Below, one piece after another: positions 20,177 through 20,294 of a stretch of DNA of 20,294 bases; position 1 is the first letter of the stretch, and every line of letters begins with the position of its first letter. The notes below the pieces were generated by a model. That model worked only from the letters and a program-made list of their open reading frames with translations. It had not been told where the DNA came from and did no database searches. The translations under genes were made by a program, and so were the position numbers. Source of the stretch: Utricularia gibba. Taxonomy: Eukaryota; Plantae; Magnoliophyta. The stretch lies in the NCBI GenBank assembly GCA_002189035.1, contig NEEC01000296.1, positions 1 through 20,294 of the forward strand. Direction: 5' to 3'.

Positions 20177-20294
20177 TCACGTGCACCCCATGATTTTTCA
20201 ACAACTTACTTTATACTTGAGAAGGCGGTCTTTGGTGCACTTGGAACCGGAAAAAGATCAGCTTAGGCCTTGGCCCAAAGTAAGTTGTAGCCCG

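Larger units (their letters stand above)
1..20294. repeat. Tandem satellite DNA array, ~313-bp monomer, 65 full copies plus 1 partial, head-to-tail
   Basis: The anchor TCACGTGCACCCC recurs at 1, 316, 626, 942, 1252, 1560, 1869, 2164, 2476, 2789 ... 19243, 19557, 19868 and 20177, with no unique sequence in between. The array runs off both ends of the window. Confidence 0.99.

Noticed and set aside
1-20294. CRISPR array or repeat-spacer system
   Set aside because: There are no unique spacers. The variable segment takes only about three recurring states, the unit is ~313 bp, and no cas genes or leader are present.

Overview
The whole window is one uninterrupted, head-to-tail tandem satellite array: 65 complete monomers of about 310-316 bp (two shortened to about 287-295 bp) plus a partial 66th, all in one orientation, about 45% GC by hand count of monomer 1. 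There are no credible genes, RNA genes, transposons or CRISPR arrays; the ORF track only re-reads the monomer. The array has several layers of internal structure. (1) Each monomer is a diverged dimer of two ~157-bp subunits. (2) Monomers fall into recurring sequence classes (my labels A, B, C, D) and A/B mosaics with recurring switch zones. (3) A D-C-B cassette recurs six times at irregular spacing. (4) There are local higher-order repeats: a 7-mer of ~2.18 kb at the right end and a 3-mer of ~0.93 kb in the middle. (5) An inverted repeat brackets the most variable part of the monomer. Pervasive homopolymer-length indels and monomers that look like averages of two classes suggest a noisy long-read or collapsed consensus, so single-copy variants are unreliable. 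The organism and satellite family cannot be identified from the sequence alone. A eukaryotic (peri)centromeric or heterochromatic satellite is the most likely interpretation, but that is inference.
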